Numbered from the stretch's first letter, positions 8,512 through 19,500 are shown. The stretch: 64,000 nucleotides of DNA from an uncultured Chthonomonadaceae bacterium (GCA_963817895.1 CAWFQB010000002.1:544001-608000), one strand, 5' to 3'. A program made the numbers and translations. Notes: generated from the sequence alone by a model not told the origin.

Positions 8512-10865
8512 TTAATGCGCAAACGAAACAGCCGGGGAAGACGATTCTTTATACGGTACATGGGCGGTTACAGTTGCACCGCCGTTGGTTTCATTATTGG
8601 CGTAAGTGAGTTTGCCGCTCAAATCGCGCTCAATCATCATGCTTGTCAAATTCAGCCCGATTTTGCCATGCCGCCGCGCATCGAAATCGGCGGGGAAACC
8701 CGGCCCATCGTCTTCAACGGTCAGTCGCAGATTTTGCCCCTGATGATGCAGCGCAACGTGAAGCGTAACTTCGCTACGCCCCTTTCCGCCATGCCGAACC
8801 GCATTGACGATCAATTCGTTAATCGCAAGCGCCAAAGTTACCGCCAACTTGCTCGGCAAGCAACAGCTCGTCGGCATGGGTGCTGATGTGCAGGTGTTTG
8901 CCCGCGACAACCGCCCCGGTCAGCAGCGTGGGGAGTAGTTTTTCGATCAACGCGCCCGCCTTTACCTGGCTGATACGGTCATTTTCGCCGATAAGTTCAT
9001 GCACGGCATTGATGGTGCGGACTTCGCGCATCGCATGCGCCAGCCCTTCGCGCGCCACAACCGCCTGCCGGATAATTTCCGCTTCCTGATTGGGCGCGCG
9101 TTTATCCTCTTCCGCCTCCATGGTGTACAAATCCAGAATCGCCGCTATCGCCTGTAGAGTATTCTTGACGCGATGATCGGTTTCCTGCAACGACCAGGCC
9201 ATTTGTTCCGCCCGATGGGTGGCTTCCTGATACAATTGCGCGTTTTGAACGGCAGACGCGAGCTGTCCTGCCGCCTGTTGCGCCAGTTGCAGATGATGTT
9301 CGCTATAGCTGTCCCCGTTTCCTGCCTCATTTCCAATTTCAAAGGCAAGCGCGCCCAATAATTCCTGATTTGCAATCAGAGGGATTACAAGAGCGTGATT
9401 CTGCTGCGGCTGTCCGGTTTCAATAGCCTTTTGCAGCGGGTCTGTCAGCATCCAGAACTTCCCAACGCGGTTCCTGCCCGGACTCCTCTGTGTCGCTTCC
9501 TGTTGCGGCAAACGTCCATACATAAACGGGAGGGCGTTTTCGTTCTCCGCTGTGGACAAATGGCTTAACGGGGACACCGGTTTTTTGCGTCACATGTTTG
9601 CGCCTGAATTGAGGCGGCAAGCGGGGAATGAGCGCGCGTTTTGCCGCGCAATTTGCGCAGCAATTCAGTCTCTTCGCTGTCGGACTGCGGATATTCCTGA
9701 CTCCAGCTTTCGTTTTCCGACTTCAGCGGCAGCAGCGCCAATCGCGCGCGCCCGTAAGGAACCAGCGCCTGCGCTTCCTTGAGAAAGGCCGGCACGATGG
9801 CGCTTAATTCCAGCGAACTGTTGACCACCTGCGTCAGCCGGGCAAGCGCGGCCAGATGCTCCCCCCGATCATGGGCGCGGGCATACTGGCGCGCGCTGTG
9901 CAGCACAAAAGCCGCCTGCGTCGCAAAGGTCCGCATCAACTGCGCGTCTTCCTCATGGAATGAAGCGCGTTCTTGCGCGCCTTTATTTGAGTTGTTCGGT
10001 GGCGCGTCGTTTTGCTTGTCATACGCGCACAACAGGCCGACGGGCTGATTATGCGCGATCAAGGGGACGATCAGGGCGCTGTCCACATGCCAGTCGCGCA
10101 GTTGGATGTTCAGCGCGTCCCCATCCTGCTCGCGCGATAGCGTTGCGGCAAAACGTCGCGTTGTTGAAAAGCAGGTCATGCGGCCATTCGCCTTCCCGCA
10201 CCGGCAGGGGCGCGGGCATTTCGGAGGTGAAACCAAAGGCGGGACGCAGGGGATAAAGCGTATTCTGCGCGGCATCGTAGCTCCACATCTCCACGCGCTT
10301 TGCCTGCAAAACGCGTCCGGCGCGCTCCGTCAAATATTCCTGCATGGATTCCGGCGCGCGCGCTCACGGAAAGGTGTCCGGCAATGTCGAACAAACCCTC
10401 TAAGCGCGCGTACCCGGCGGCCATTGGCGTTTGCCAGTTCGCGCAGATGCGTCACAGCGCGGCTGGAATAAAACGCGGCTACCAATCCCAACAGGCCGAA
10501 CACGGAGATAACCGCATCCTGAATGTCGTGCAGTTCGGATACGCGCTGCGCCGCGCGCTCCTGCGCCTTTTCCGCCGAAGTAAGAGCCGTATCCATGTGT
10601 TCGCGCCAGACGCGAATCGTATCGGAAACAGGCTGAGGAGAGCGACCAACACGCGGAACTTGCGCCAGTGTTCGCACCTGATTGAGATGGTTTTGCGTGT
10701 CGTGGACAGAGGCGAGCAGTTGACGCTCGTGCGATCAATCAGCGCGCCGGTGATAATCGGCCCGAAAACCAGAATCAACAGCGCAAAACTGACAAAAGGG
10801 AGCCTGTTTTGCGCTGTATCGGCGGCGAAGATTGCTGACCGCGTTATGCTGTTTTGTCGAGCCAT
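8512..10865 (-). CDS. GAF-domain sensor histidine kinase, HisKA_2/PdtaS type (about six apparent frameshifts)
   Basis: Consecutive ORF pieces give N-terminal hydrophobic segments, two GAF-like regions (LIVPLIAHNQPVGLL; LVIPLIANQELLGAL), ETDHRVKNTLQ, INELIVNAVRHG, VEDDGPGFP and IGLNL. Confidence 0.8.
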
Positions 10866-11135
10866 AATGAACCTCAACCGCCCTGTCACAGGCAGAGAAA
10901 TGGCGTGGACTGCCCTGTCCGCGTCCCTCAACCCGCCTGCTGACGGTTCCGCGCTTTCTCCCGCATCCGCAACAAATATTGCTTCTACAGGAACAGTAAT
11001 CTGTTCAAAAAGCGCCTGGTTCATAAGGGAATGGAGAGGCGTCAGGGCGTCCATTCACAAACGTTCGCAAACCAATAAACAATTTCTCAATGCGAGAGTA
11101 AGGACGGAAGGAAGAAGAGGAATGTTCCGAAGGAA

Positions 11136-11276
11136 GTAGATGGGTAGATGAGTAGATAAGTAGATGGGTTGATAATAAGGATCAAAAATTCTTACCCATC
11201 TACCTTATCATCAAAAAAGTAGACGGTAGGAGTTTTGTTCCTACCGTCTACCTACCTATCTATCTACCATCTACTT
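11136..11276. repeat. GTAGATRR-type octamer repeats in inverted arrangement, with hairpin GTAGACGGTAGGA/TCCTACCGTCTAC downstream of the SLH gene
   Basis: Seen directly; may also serve as terminator. Confidence 0.7.
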
Positions 11277-11278
11277 CC

Positions 11279-13303
11279 TTAGAAGTGAACGGCCAGTTGC
11301 GTGGTGAACACGCTGGCGTTCGCGTCGTGGCCCAGGTTGGCGCCGTTGACGCCGCCGCCGGTGAAGCTGCCGAAGCCGCCGCCGACATTCTGCTGGTTGA
11401 GGATCTGGTACGCGAATTTCAGCACGGTGTTGCTGGCGAGGTTCAGGCCCGCATTGAACGTCAGGTACTGCTCGACCGGGCGGCGCGCGGCCACTGGCCG
11501 ACACCGCCGAGGACAGGTCATACATAACGCCTTCGTAGGTTGCGCCCACGTTGACATGCTTGTTGACGTTGTACTTGACGCCTGCCGTAGCGCGCTTGAC
11601 ATCGCTGCCTTTGGTGAAGCCGCCGACGAACGCGCGGTTGCGCGCGCCGTGTAGTAGTCGCCTCCGATGAAGCCCACGAGCGCGTTGGAGAAGTTGTACG
11701 TCACGCGAGCGTAGGGACCGGAGATGTTGGTCGGATTGTACCAGTTGCCGATCTTGTTCCAGTAACCCGGAGCCTCGTAGCGCGGATCAATGTACTGGTA
11801 GCCCAGAATGGCATTCACGGGGCCGGTATTGTAGCCCAGGTTGGCAACATAAGCGTTGTTGTCATCATTGATGTTGGACGGATCGCCATCCAGCGTGCCG
11901 CGCTGCGTGACGCTCTTGGCGGCTTCACCGGAGAGGGTGAAACGGCCAACCGGGTTCAGCCTTCAGGTTCACGCCGTAGACAACCACGTTATTGAAGTTG
12001 CCCAGACGCGGAAGGTTGCTGGCATTGCCGAAGTCAATCAGCGTCGCGCCCAATTCGCCCAGGCGAAGGATGGGAATGGCAATGTGAATGCCCGCGCTTT
12101 CGCCCGCTGCCGCCTGATTCCGGGGACAGCCACAGGCTGGTCGGTTTCCCGCGCCATTGAAGCGGTTGGCGCAGTTGGCCGGGTTGATAGTTCGCGCCGA
12201 CAAGGGGCGTGTTGATCGCGCTGCCAGCGGTCGTGGTCAGGGAGCGGTAGCTGCCCGCGAAGATGGACGTTTTCGCGCTGCCGAACTTGCTTTCCAACTT
12301 GACGCCATCTTCGATCCAGTTGCCGTCATCGTACCAGGGCAGGTCGAAGTAGGCATCCGTGTCGGGGCGGTAGTAGGTGAGCGGCGTGACCTGGTGCTTG
12401 TAGCGGCCAACCGTGCAACTGCGTTCCGCTGCCGAAACCGCCAATCGGAATCGCCAGGTTCGCTTCGTACAGGGTCACTTCTTCCGGGCCGCCGTTCGGA
12501 TTGGCAGCCGGAGGGACCGCCCAGGAGCGTCGCGCCCACCGGGCCGGACGACGACAACGGGTTGGGGCCGGGAGCGCCGCTGCCGGTCACGCTGTTGGCG
12601 CGATAGCTCAGGTAGTTGGACGCAACCAGGTCCACGTTCGCCTTGACGCCACCGGGCAGGGTGCCGCGCGCATCCAGGTGGAAGTCATGCACGGCGCTCA
12701 CGTTTTCCAGCAGGGAGCGGTTCGCGTTGCGAACCGCGCCGCTGTAGTCGTAGAACGGCACGCGGGACTGGTCGGAGCGGAAGCCGCCGAACAGGTCGCC
12801 GCTGAACTTGATCTGGCGGCGCAGGTAGTCCTGAATATCCGCGACATCGCGGGCCAGCGCATCCAGACGGGAATTGATGTCCTTGATGTTGGCGCCGATA
12901 GCGGCGAGTTCACTCTGGAACTCGGTGGCCAGGGCGCGGAAGCGGGCCAGTTCTTCCGGCGTCACGCCGGGAGGGCCTGCGGGACCGGCGGGACCGGCTT
13001 CGCCATGCGCGCCGGCGGGGCCGGCGGGGCCGGCGGGACCGCGCCGGGTCCCTGAACTTTCGCCAGGGCGCGCTGAAGCGCGACGGCGAACTCGTAGCGG
13101 GTCAGGGGGCGCTTGCCACGGAAGTACCCATCCGGGTAGCCGAGCAGGATGCCACGATTTTGCAGGTCGGTGACCGCGTCGTAGGCCCAGTGGGACTGGG
13201 GAACGTCCTGGAACAGCTTGGCGTTCTGTGCCTGTGAGGGCGCGGCCATGCTGATCGCGAGAACGGAAAGGGATGCGCCCAGGAAGGGCAATGCCTTTCG
13301 CAT
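11279..13303 (-). CDS. SLH domain - collagen-like/coiled-coil stalk - beta-barrel outer-envelope protein (OmpM/SomA-like; several apparent frameshifts)
   Basis: Signal peptide; FQDVPQSHWAYDAV..L...GIL.GYPDG.FRG.RPLTRYEFAVAL (SLH); GPAGPAG repeats; LATEFQSELAAIG coiled coil; Gly/Tyr/Asn-rich strands; terminal LAVHF; strong G/C third-position bias. Confidence 0.85.
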
Positions 13304-13740
13304 GATGATCTATCCTCCATAAAAAACATAGCGACTCGGAGTCCTGAGATTCAGGGGAGCCGGTATGTCGTGAGAGATGGAACGCGCAATGCCCCTTGCG
13401 CGACTTCCAGATTTTGGAAACGCGGCCCGCGTTTGGGAACGCTGCGGCGCTGCCGGGAGGCTCTCATTCATGGAATCGGAATACGGGTTTGGAGAAGAGT
13501 TTCCTTGTATCCTGCTTCTCGCGGCCCGCCTCGATGCGGAACGATGGCGTCCTGGCGCATTCCGTCGCGATCTTCTGCGTGGATAGCGTGGGCAATTCGG
13601 GGTTGTTTAGAACATGATTAGAACGACTGACGAACTAAAAACGTTTGAACCCGTTGATTTGTTCCCTGTTTCAAGTGATTTTTAATAAATTCTTAAAAAT
13701 ATTTCCACAGAAAACTGACAGTTTGCCGCTGTCAACAAAG

Positions 13741-13770
13741 AGAATAGCACAATGGCAATGGTGGCGTCAA
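13741..13770 (-). promoter_or_regulatory. putative sigma70 promoter for the SLH gene
   Basis: Minus strand TTGACG-N18-TATTCT with TGn extension, about 430 nt upstream of the start codon. Confidence 0.45.
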
Positions 13771-13975
13771 GACTCACAGGGCATTTCGCGTGGTATTTCC
13801 GTAAAAATAACAGAATTTATCGCTTTCAGGCTATTATATTTGCCGTCCGCTTCTTGATCGCTATGCAGGAGTACGAACGAGCGGCGCGGATGTGACACCT
13901 GTTTTTTCAATTTCATGCAAAAAGAGGAATAGGCAAGCCTGTAGTGGAATCAAGTAGAGAGTTCTAATCAAATTG

Positions 13976-14024
13976 CCCTCAACCCCCTGCCCCCTTCTCC
14001 CAAAAAAGCCTGGGAGAAGGGGAA
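13976..14024. repeat. dispersed REP-like hairpin CCCTCAACCCC..CCCCTTCTCCCA-AAAAAGCC-TGGGAGAAGGGG, copy 1
   Basis: Near-identical copy at 53989-54037; related variants near 33682-33717 and 63938-63986. Confidence 0.8.
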
Positions 14025-14058
14025 ACGATTAACACAGGCTTTTTAGGAGAGCAGAACC

Positions 14059-16545
14059 ATGCGCGTTCCCCCGCCCGAACCTGAAGAGATTGCCGCGCTT
14101 TCCGACGCTTCCGAGGCTGCCGAAGCGTCTGCCCATTCCGCCGCGAACCCTCTGGCCGCGCTGTCCCCCGAAGAGCAGGGCCGATTGGCGCAGCGGATGA
14201 TGCGGCGGCAGGGCGCGCTCAGTCTGCGCGTGGCCGCCGTGTTCACCGTGCTGTTGCTCGGTCTGCCCCTGGTCAACTACTTTCTGCCCGAACTGGCAAA
14301 CACGTCCGTTTTCGGTTTTTCCGCGACGTGGCTGTTCCTCGGCGTCCTGTTTTATCCCATCACGGTGCTGCTGTCCCTCTACTTCGTGAAACATTCCGAC
14401 CGCATCGAGGCGGAAACGGCGAAAGAGTCTCTGATCTATAAGGAAAAACCAATGACGGATTTGATGTGGATACCGCTGCTGTTTGTCCTCGCCATGATTG
14501 CCGCGACGGTCGGGTTGGGCGTGATGGCGACCCGGCAATCCAAAACCGCGTCCGACTTTTTTGTGGCGGGGCGAAGCGTCAGCGTGTTCTGGAACGCCAG
14601 CGCGATTTCGGGCGAGTATCTCAGCGCGGCCTCGTTCCTCGGCATTGCCGGACTGGTGATGAAAAACGGCTATGACGCGCTCTGGTATCCGGTCTGTTAC
14701 GCGACGGGGTATCTGTTTCTGCTGCTGTTCATTGCGGGGCCGCTGCGCCGGTTCGGGGCGTATACCATTCCCGACTTTGCCGAGGGTCGTTTCGACAGCC
14801 CCCTGTTTCGCAAAATCGCCGTCACGTTCGTCCTGTTCATCGGCTTCTTCTACACCATGCCGCAGATGAAGGGCGCGGGCATCACGATTGGCGCATTGCT
14901 TGGCTGGCCCTATTGGGCGGGCATCGCGGTTGTCGGCTGCGTGATTACCTTTAATGTCGCGCTGGGCGGCATGAAGGGCATTACGCTTGTGCAAGCCTTG
15001 CAATACTGGGCCAAAATATTCGCCATTTCCGCGCCCGTCTTCATCCTGATCTTCTTATATGGCGGCTACAGCGGCACACTGGCGCGTTTCGCGCAGGAAC
15101 CCAAAGCCGCGCCCAAAGTGGAAAAAGATACCACGCTCAAGTTCAAGGGCAAGAAAGACGCGCCCGCCAACGCCGCCTCGTTTTCCACCCTCGGCCTGAC
15201 ACGCATGTTCTTTCCCGATGGGGTTCATGTTTACAATATTACGCCCACCGTAAAAATGACGCCGGATCAGAGAACCTCACCGGAACTGTTCTATGAGTAT
15301 GCCTGGTCGCCTTCAGAAACTATCGGCAAACCGGGTTATAAATCCATCAAGGATTATCCCTGGCAGACCTACCCAACCAACGCAACTGACGACAGGCTCA
15401 TTGACACGCAGCGTGGGCAGATCGCTGCTGGCGGCGGTGTGTCTATAACCAGCCACGACATAACTACGCAGCCAGTTCTATTTGTGACCCGGCCTTTCAC
15501 CATTACAGAAAAAGGGCAGCCGGTGTTGAAGAACGGCAAGCCTGTCAAGGCGGCGGCGAAAGTGGAGTTTGACACCCCGACAGCGGCGATACTGCCTGCC
15601 GGTTCCTATGTGCCGAACGCGCAGAACAACAAAAAATGGCTGGAACCGTTCGGAACGCTCACGGGCAAATGGGAACATCCCATTCTGTACACCTACTCGC
15701 TGATTATCGCGCTGATTTGCGGAACCGCCGGTCTGCCGCATATTCTCGTCCGCTTTTACACCAACCCGGACGGACGGGCCGCCAAGCGCACAACCCTTTT
15801 AGTCATGGGACTGCTCGGCGCGTTTTACGTGTTCACGCCACTGTGGGGCGCGTTGGGGCGAGCGGTTCTGCCCGCGCTGTACGCCAACAACGCGACCGAT
15901 CAACTGCTCATCAAACTCCCCGGCGTCCTTGAAAATCATCTGCTCGGAGCCGTCCTGATGGGCGTGACCAGCGCGGGCGCGTTTGCCGCGTTCATGTCTA
16001 CGTTTTCCGGCCTGCTCGTCAGCATGTCCGGCGCGGTCGCCCACGATATTTATGGTAAAATACTGCGCCCGCACAGTTCGCCGCAGCAGCGTCTCGTGGC
16101 CTTCAAATGGGCAGCGGTCGTCATCGGGATCGTGTCCATGCTGCTCGGCCTGCTCGTGGAATCGTTCGACATTGCCATGCTCGTCGGGTGGGCATTCGCC
16201 ATTGCCGCCGCGTCGTACTTTCCGCTGCTTCTGCTCGGCGCGTGGTGGCGCGGCCTGACCAAATACGGCGCGGCGGCGGGGATGCTGACCGGCGGCACAT
16301 TATCCATGATCGCCATTGTCGCGTCCATGCTGCTGGACAAAAAAGTGCTGACGTTCCAACTCGACCCGCTGATTCGCTCCCTGATGGAACAACCCGCCAT
16401 CTGGGGCGTACCCTTATCTATCGGCATTATGATCGGCGTGTCCCTCCTGACCGCCCAACATGTGCCGAAAGACATCGCCATCAAAATGCTCCGCCTCCAC
16501 GCCCCCGAAGAGATGGGCTTTTCGCGGAATTATATCGAACACTGA
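14059..16545 (+). CDS. sodium:solute symporter, ActP-like, with fused DUF485-like N-terminus and a large loop insertion
   Basis: SDFFVAGR, NASAISGEYLSAASFLGIAG, LRRFGAYTIPDF, GGMKGIT.VQ, GTAGLPHILVRFYTNPDG. Confidence 0.88.
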   Translation: MRVPPPEPEEIAALSDASEAAEASAHSAANPLAALSPEEQGRLAQRMMRRQGALSLRVAAVFTVLLLGLPLVNYFLPELANTSVFGFSATWLFLGVLFYPITVLLSLYFVKHSDRIEAETAKESLIYKEKPMTDLMWIPLLFVLAMIAATVGLGVMATRQSKTASDFFVAGRSVSVFWNASAISGEYLSAASFLGIAGLVMKNGYDALWYPVCYATGYLFLLLFIAGPLRRFGAYTIPDFAEGRFDSPLFRKIAVTFVLFIGFFYTMPQMKGAGITIGALLGWPYWAGIAVVGCVITFNVALGGMKGITLVQALQYWAKIFAISAPVFILIFLYGGYSGTLARFAQEPKAAPKVEKDTTLKFKGKKDAPANAASFSTLGLTRMFFPDGVHVYNITPTVKMTPDQRTSPELFYEYAWSPSETIGKPGYKSIKDYPWQTYPTNATDDRLIDTQRGQIAAGGGVSITSHDITTQPVLFVTRPFTITEKGQPVLKNGKPVKAAAKVEFDTPTAAILPAGSYVPNAQNNKKWLEPFGTLTGKWEHPILYTYSLIIALICGTAGLPHILVRFYTNPDGRAAKRTTLLVMGLLGAFYVFTPLWGALGRAVLPALYANNATDQLLIKLPGVLENHLLGAVLMGVTSAGAFAAFMSTFSGLLVSMSGAVAHDIYGKILRPHSSPQQRLVAFKWAAVVIGIVSMLLGLLVESFDIAMLVGWAFAIAAASYFPLLLLGAWWRGLTKYGAAAGMLTGGTLSMIAIVASMLLDKKVLTFQLDPLIRSLMEQPAIWGVPLSIGIMIGVSLLTAQHVPKDIAIKMLRLHAPEEMGFSRNYIEH

Positions 16546-16549
16546 GGAG

Positions 16550-16657
16550 GGTGTTCAGGTGTTCGGTGTTCAGGGCAATACAACAGGCACAGTTTTGCTT
16601 GCGCGCGACAAGGCTTGTATTTGGTTTCCTGAACACCTGAACACCTGAACACCTGAA
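16550..16657. repeat. inverted pair of (GGTGTTCA)n / (TGAACACC)n tandem repeats
   Basis: About three units per arm around a roughly 50-nt spacer. Confidence 0.85.
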
Positions 16658-16666
16658 AGGACTACC

Positions 16667-17659
16667 ATGCTGACCCGACGTTCACTGCTGAGTGCCGCAT
16701 TTGCGCTGACAACCGGCGCGTTTGCCGTTGCGCTTGTTTCTTCTCATTCCACGGCTGCCGCGCCCGCTAAAAAAGCGAAAAAACATGTGCTTGTCGTGAC
16801 CGCTACAACCGGATTTCGACATGGGAGCAGCATTGCCATTGCTCGTGAAGTAATCGCGAAACTTGGCGATGACAGCGGCCTGTGGGATACGGATTACGCC
16901 GACGCCGATGCTGAATTGTACGCGCATCAGAAGACGGATGAAGAGAAGAAAGCGCTTTCAGACGCCATTAAAACGGTTCTGGCGGAAAAAATGTCCGTTG
17001 CGGCCATGAAAAAGTACGATACCATTATCTTCGCCAATACCACCGGCGAACTGCCCCTGCCCGATCCGCAGGGATTTCTGGACTACATCAAAGCGGGACA
17101 CGGGTTCGCGGCCATGCACTCCGGCGGCGATACGTTCCATACGTGGGCCACGCCGTATGAGGGCAAGGACAAGGGCGCGCCCACTCCCTACGTGCAGATG
17201 CTCGGCGGCGAGTTTGAAACGCACCACGCGCAAAGCGAGAATGAACTCAATATTCGAGACCCCGATTTCCCCGCCATGAAACCCGTCGTGGAAGCCGGCA
17301 AAAAGGGGCTACAGTCTAGCGTGGACACGCATAAAAATACCATGCCCATCGGCGGCACGAAATGGAAAACGTTTGAAGAAACGTATATCTACAAGAACAA
17401 CGATCCGTCCAAAGTACACGTCCTGCTCGACATAGACCACTACCCGAACGATCAGAGTCCCGAAGCGAACAAGCCGGGACAGCACCTCATCGCGTGGTCG
17501 AAAATGTACGGCAAAGGCCGCATTTTCTACACCGCGCTCGGCCATCGCGACGAAATGTGGCGCGACCCCATCTATCAGCAGCACATACTCGGCGGCATCA
17601 AATTCGCTCTCGGCCTCGCCAAAGGCTCCACCACGCCGGGTAACTACGTGATGAAATAG
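16667..17659 (+). CDS. ThuA-like domain protein with Tat signal
   Basis: TRRSLL twin-arginine signal; TTGFRH.S, FANTTGELP, MHSGGDTF, YGKGRIFYTALGH. Confidence 0.88.
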   Translation: MLTRRSLLSAAFALTTGAFAVALVSSHSTAAAPAKKAKKHVLVVTATTGFRHGSSIAIAREVIAKLGDDSGLWDTDYADADAELYAHQKTDEEKKALSDAIKTVLAEKMSVAAMKKYDTIIFANTTGELPLPDPQGFLDYIKAGHGFAAMHSGGDTFHTWATPYEGKDKGAPTPYVQMLGGEFETHHAQSENELNIRDPDFPAMKPVVEAGKKGLQSSVDTHKNTMPIGGTKWKTFEETYIYKNNDPSKVHVLLDIDHYPNDQSPEANKPGQHLIAWSKMYGKGRIFYTALGHRDEMWRDPIYQQHILGGIKFALGLAKGSTTPGNYVMK

Positions 17660-17664
17660 AAGAG

Positions 17665-17806
17665 TAGCCGCGAATGAACGCGAATAAACGCGAATAGAAC
17701 ACAGAAAATGCCGAACATTATTTCTGTAAACGCCGTTATGCCCTGTTACGTAGAACAGTCATAGAACTTCAAGCTATTTGCGTTCATTCGCGTTCATTCG
17801 CGGCTA
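17665..17806. repeat. inverted pair of (CGCGAATRAA)n decamer repeats
   Basis: TAGCCGCGAATGAACGCGAATAAACGCGAATAG ... CTATTTGCGTTCATTCGCGTTCATTCGCGGCTA. Confidence 0.85.
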
Positions 17807-17829
17807 TTTTTGAGCATTGGAGATAGGCC

Positions 17830-18531
17830 ATGAGGTCAGATAACAGCCCGCAGCGGCTGGCGTGTCCCCGCTGCCATGCGAATAATTTTGTCGGGCAGGC
17901 GCAATGCTGGCAGTGCAAGGCATCCCTGCCGCCGCCCGAAGCCATGAATACACCTACGGTAGCGGGTTGGGCGCAACCGTCGAGCGCGTTCCCGCCGCAA
18001 TCGGTACACCCGCCTGTAATAAATCCGCAGGCTGTCAGCCCGCAGGCGAACTGGCAGGCGGCGAACGCGGCAATTCCCTCACAGGAACCGCAGCCCGCTT
18101 CGCGCCGGGGCAGCAAAACGCCGCTGATAATGGCGGGCGCGTTAATGACGGCAGGCGTGGTCGTGTGGCTGGCGTTTCATCGCGCCGCGCCTGTCTCAAC
18201 TACGCCGGGATTGTCGCTGCCGCCCGGAGTCTCCACAGCGGGAACAGAGGGCGTATTGCCGGACGGGATGCTGCCCGGTTCCCATGACATCCGCTTCGCG
18301 CAGCCGGAACGCGATCCTATTCGCATTTCCGCTGATCCGACCGAAGCCGCGGCGCGACGCGCAGTACAACGCGCCATTCCACGGCTCGGCCTGCCGCCGG
18401 GTACGAGTTCGGACGGAAGCGTTCACCTGCGCAACGGCGACACTATCAGCAAAGAACAGTACGAAGCCGCGCAGGAGAAGCTCAAAAACAATCCGCTTAT
18501 GGGTGGCCCTCCTACCGTGCCGCGTCTGTAG
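17830..18531 (+). CDS. zinc-ribbon, Pro-rich linker, single-TM hypothetical protein
   Basis: CPRC...CWQC, Pro/Gln-rich linker, one hydrophobic helix. Confidence 0.75.
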   Translation: MRSDNSPQRLACPRCHANNFVGQAQCWQCKASLPPPEAMNTPTVAGWAQPSSAFPPQSVHPPVINPQAVSPQANWQAANAAIPSQEPQPASRRGSKTPLIMAGALMTAGVVVWLAFHRAAPVSTTPGLSLPPGVSTAGTEGVLPDGMLPGSHDIRFAQPERDPIRISADPTEAAARRAVQRAIPRLGLPPGTSSDGSVHLRNGDTISKEQYEAAQEKLKNNPLMGGPPTVPRL

Positions 18532-18932
18532 GGGCTGACAAACAAGTATGAAACGCTCTGTTCCCCTGACAATGAAAGCGCGTATTCAGCAGGCGCGGCG
18601 TGATGTGCTGCGCGGACATAACTACGCCGAAGCCGTAAGCAAAAATCCTTCCAAAGCAATTCTGAAACGCATTGGCAAAATAGATCTTGTTTGCGTAGCT
18701 GTCGCGTTGCTTGCCCCGGAACCGCAGACGAAACAACTGCTCCGCGCCGCCAATCACGCCGAATAAGCCTGATCTACAAAACGGTCAACGCGCTTAAATT
18801 CTACCCTTGCCTGATTTCAATGCTTCTATTTTCGCCGCTTGAGTCTGCGCCAAACCTATCTCGAAATAACGACTATCTACTATGTTGAAGTGCTTTCTTA
18901 AACATTTTTAGCCACAATTTGCAAATAAGGCT

Positions 18933-18960
18933 ACGGAAAGCATGATTTCCGTGCTATAAT
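18933..18960 (+). promoter_or_regulatory. extended -10 promoter with adjoining palindromic operator
   Basis: ACGGAAA-N6-TTTCCGT (18933-18952) running into TGcTATAAT (18952-18960). Confidence 0.6.
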
Positions 18961-19125
18961 AGTAGTGTAGCGCAGAAAACAATTTCTGTCGGCCCAGATG
19001 CAGGGTTCGGGTAAGTTTGCCAACTCATCCCGCTGTGTTTACCGGATGTTGACAGAGTTACGATACGGAAGCCGATTGTGCTGTAAACCGATGTGTTTTA
19101 TGAGACAGGCGAGGAGTTAAACTTC

Positions 19126-19326
19126 ATGACGAGTTTATTGGAAAAGGGTGAAACGCGCCCTGAAAACGAGTTTGTGTCCGGCGATGTGGTGGAACCGGGC
19201 CTGTATGTGGATCTGGAAACCGGCGCGACAGTACAGGTTGTGGCAGAGGATGAGTTGCCGGAGGGGAGCGTTACCCTGCGCTACCGCCGCCACTTCCGCA
19301 AACTAGAAACCGCGAAAGCCGCATAG
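19126..19326 (+). CDS. 66-aa hypothetical protein (weak YjzC-like resemblance)
   Basis: GAGGAG ribosome site before ATG; MTSLLEKGETRPENEFVSGDVVEPGLYVDLETGATVQV...LPEG. Confidence 0.7.
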   Translation: MTSLLEKGETRPENEFVSGDVVEPGLYVDLETGATVQVVAEDELPEGSVTLRYRRHFRKLETAKAA

Positions 19327-19463
19327 ATCAATCCGCGCGATTTTTCAGCCGCGCAAGCGCAACTCCCCTCATCCGTGATAATGACGGATCCAAAACAGCG
19401 TAAGCAGGCGGGCCTTCAACAGTTGCAGGTTGAAACCCGGCGCGCTAACACTACACCAAAGAC

Positions 19464-19500
19464 AAACGCCCCTCCCGAATTCATTTTGGGAGGGGCGTTT
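19464..19500. terminator. probable bidirectional intrinsic terminator
   Basis: AAACGCCCCTCCC-loop-GGGAGGGGCGTTT between convergent genes; (AACTATC)x3 follows at 19509-19533. Confidence 0.7.

Noticed and set aside
18548..18766. 72-aa ORF after the zinc-ribbon gene
   Set aside because: No clear ribosome site and no recognisable motif; cannot be supported.
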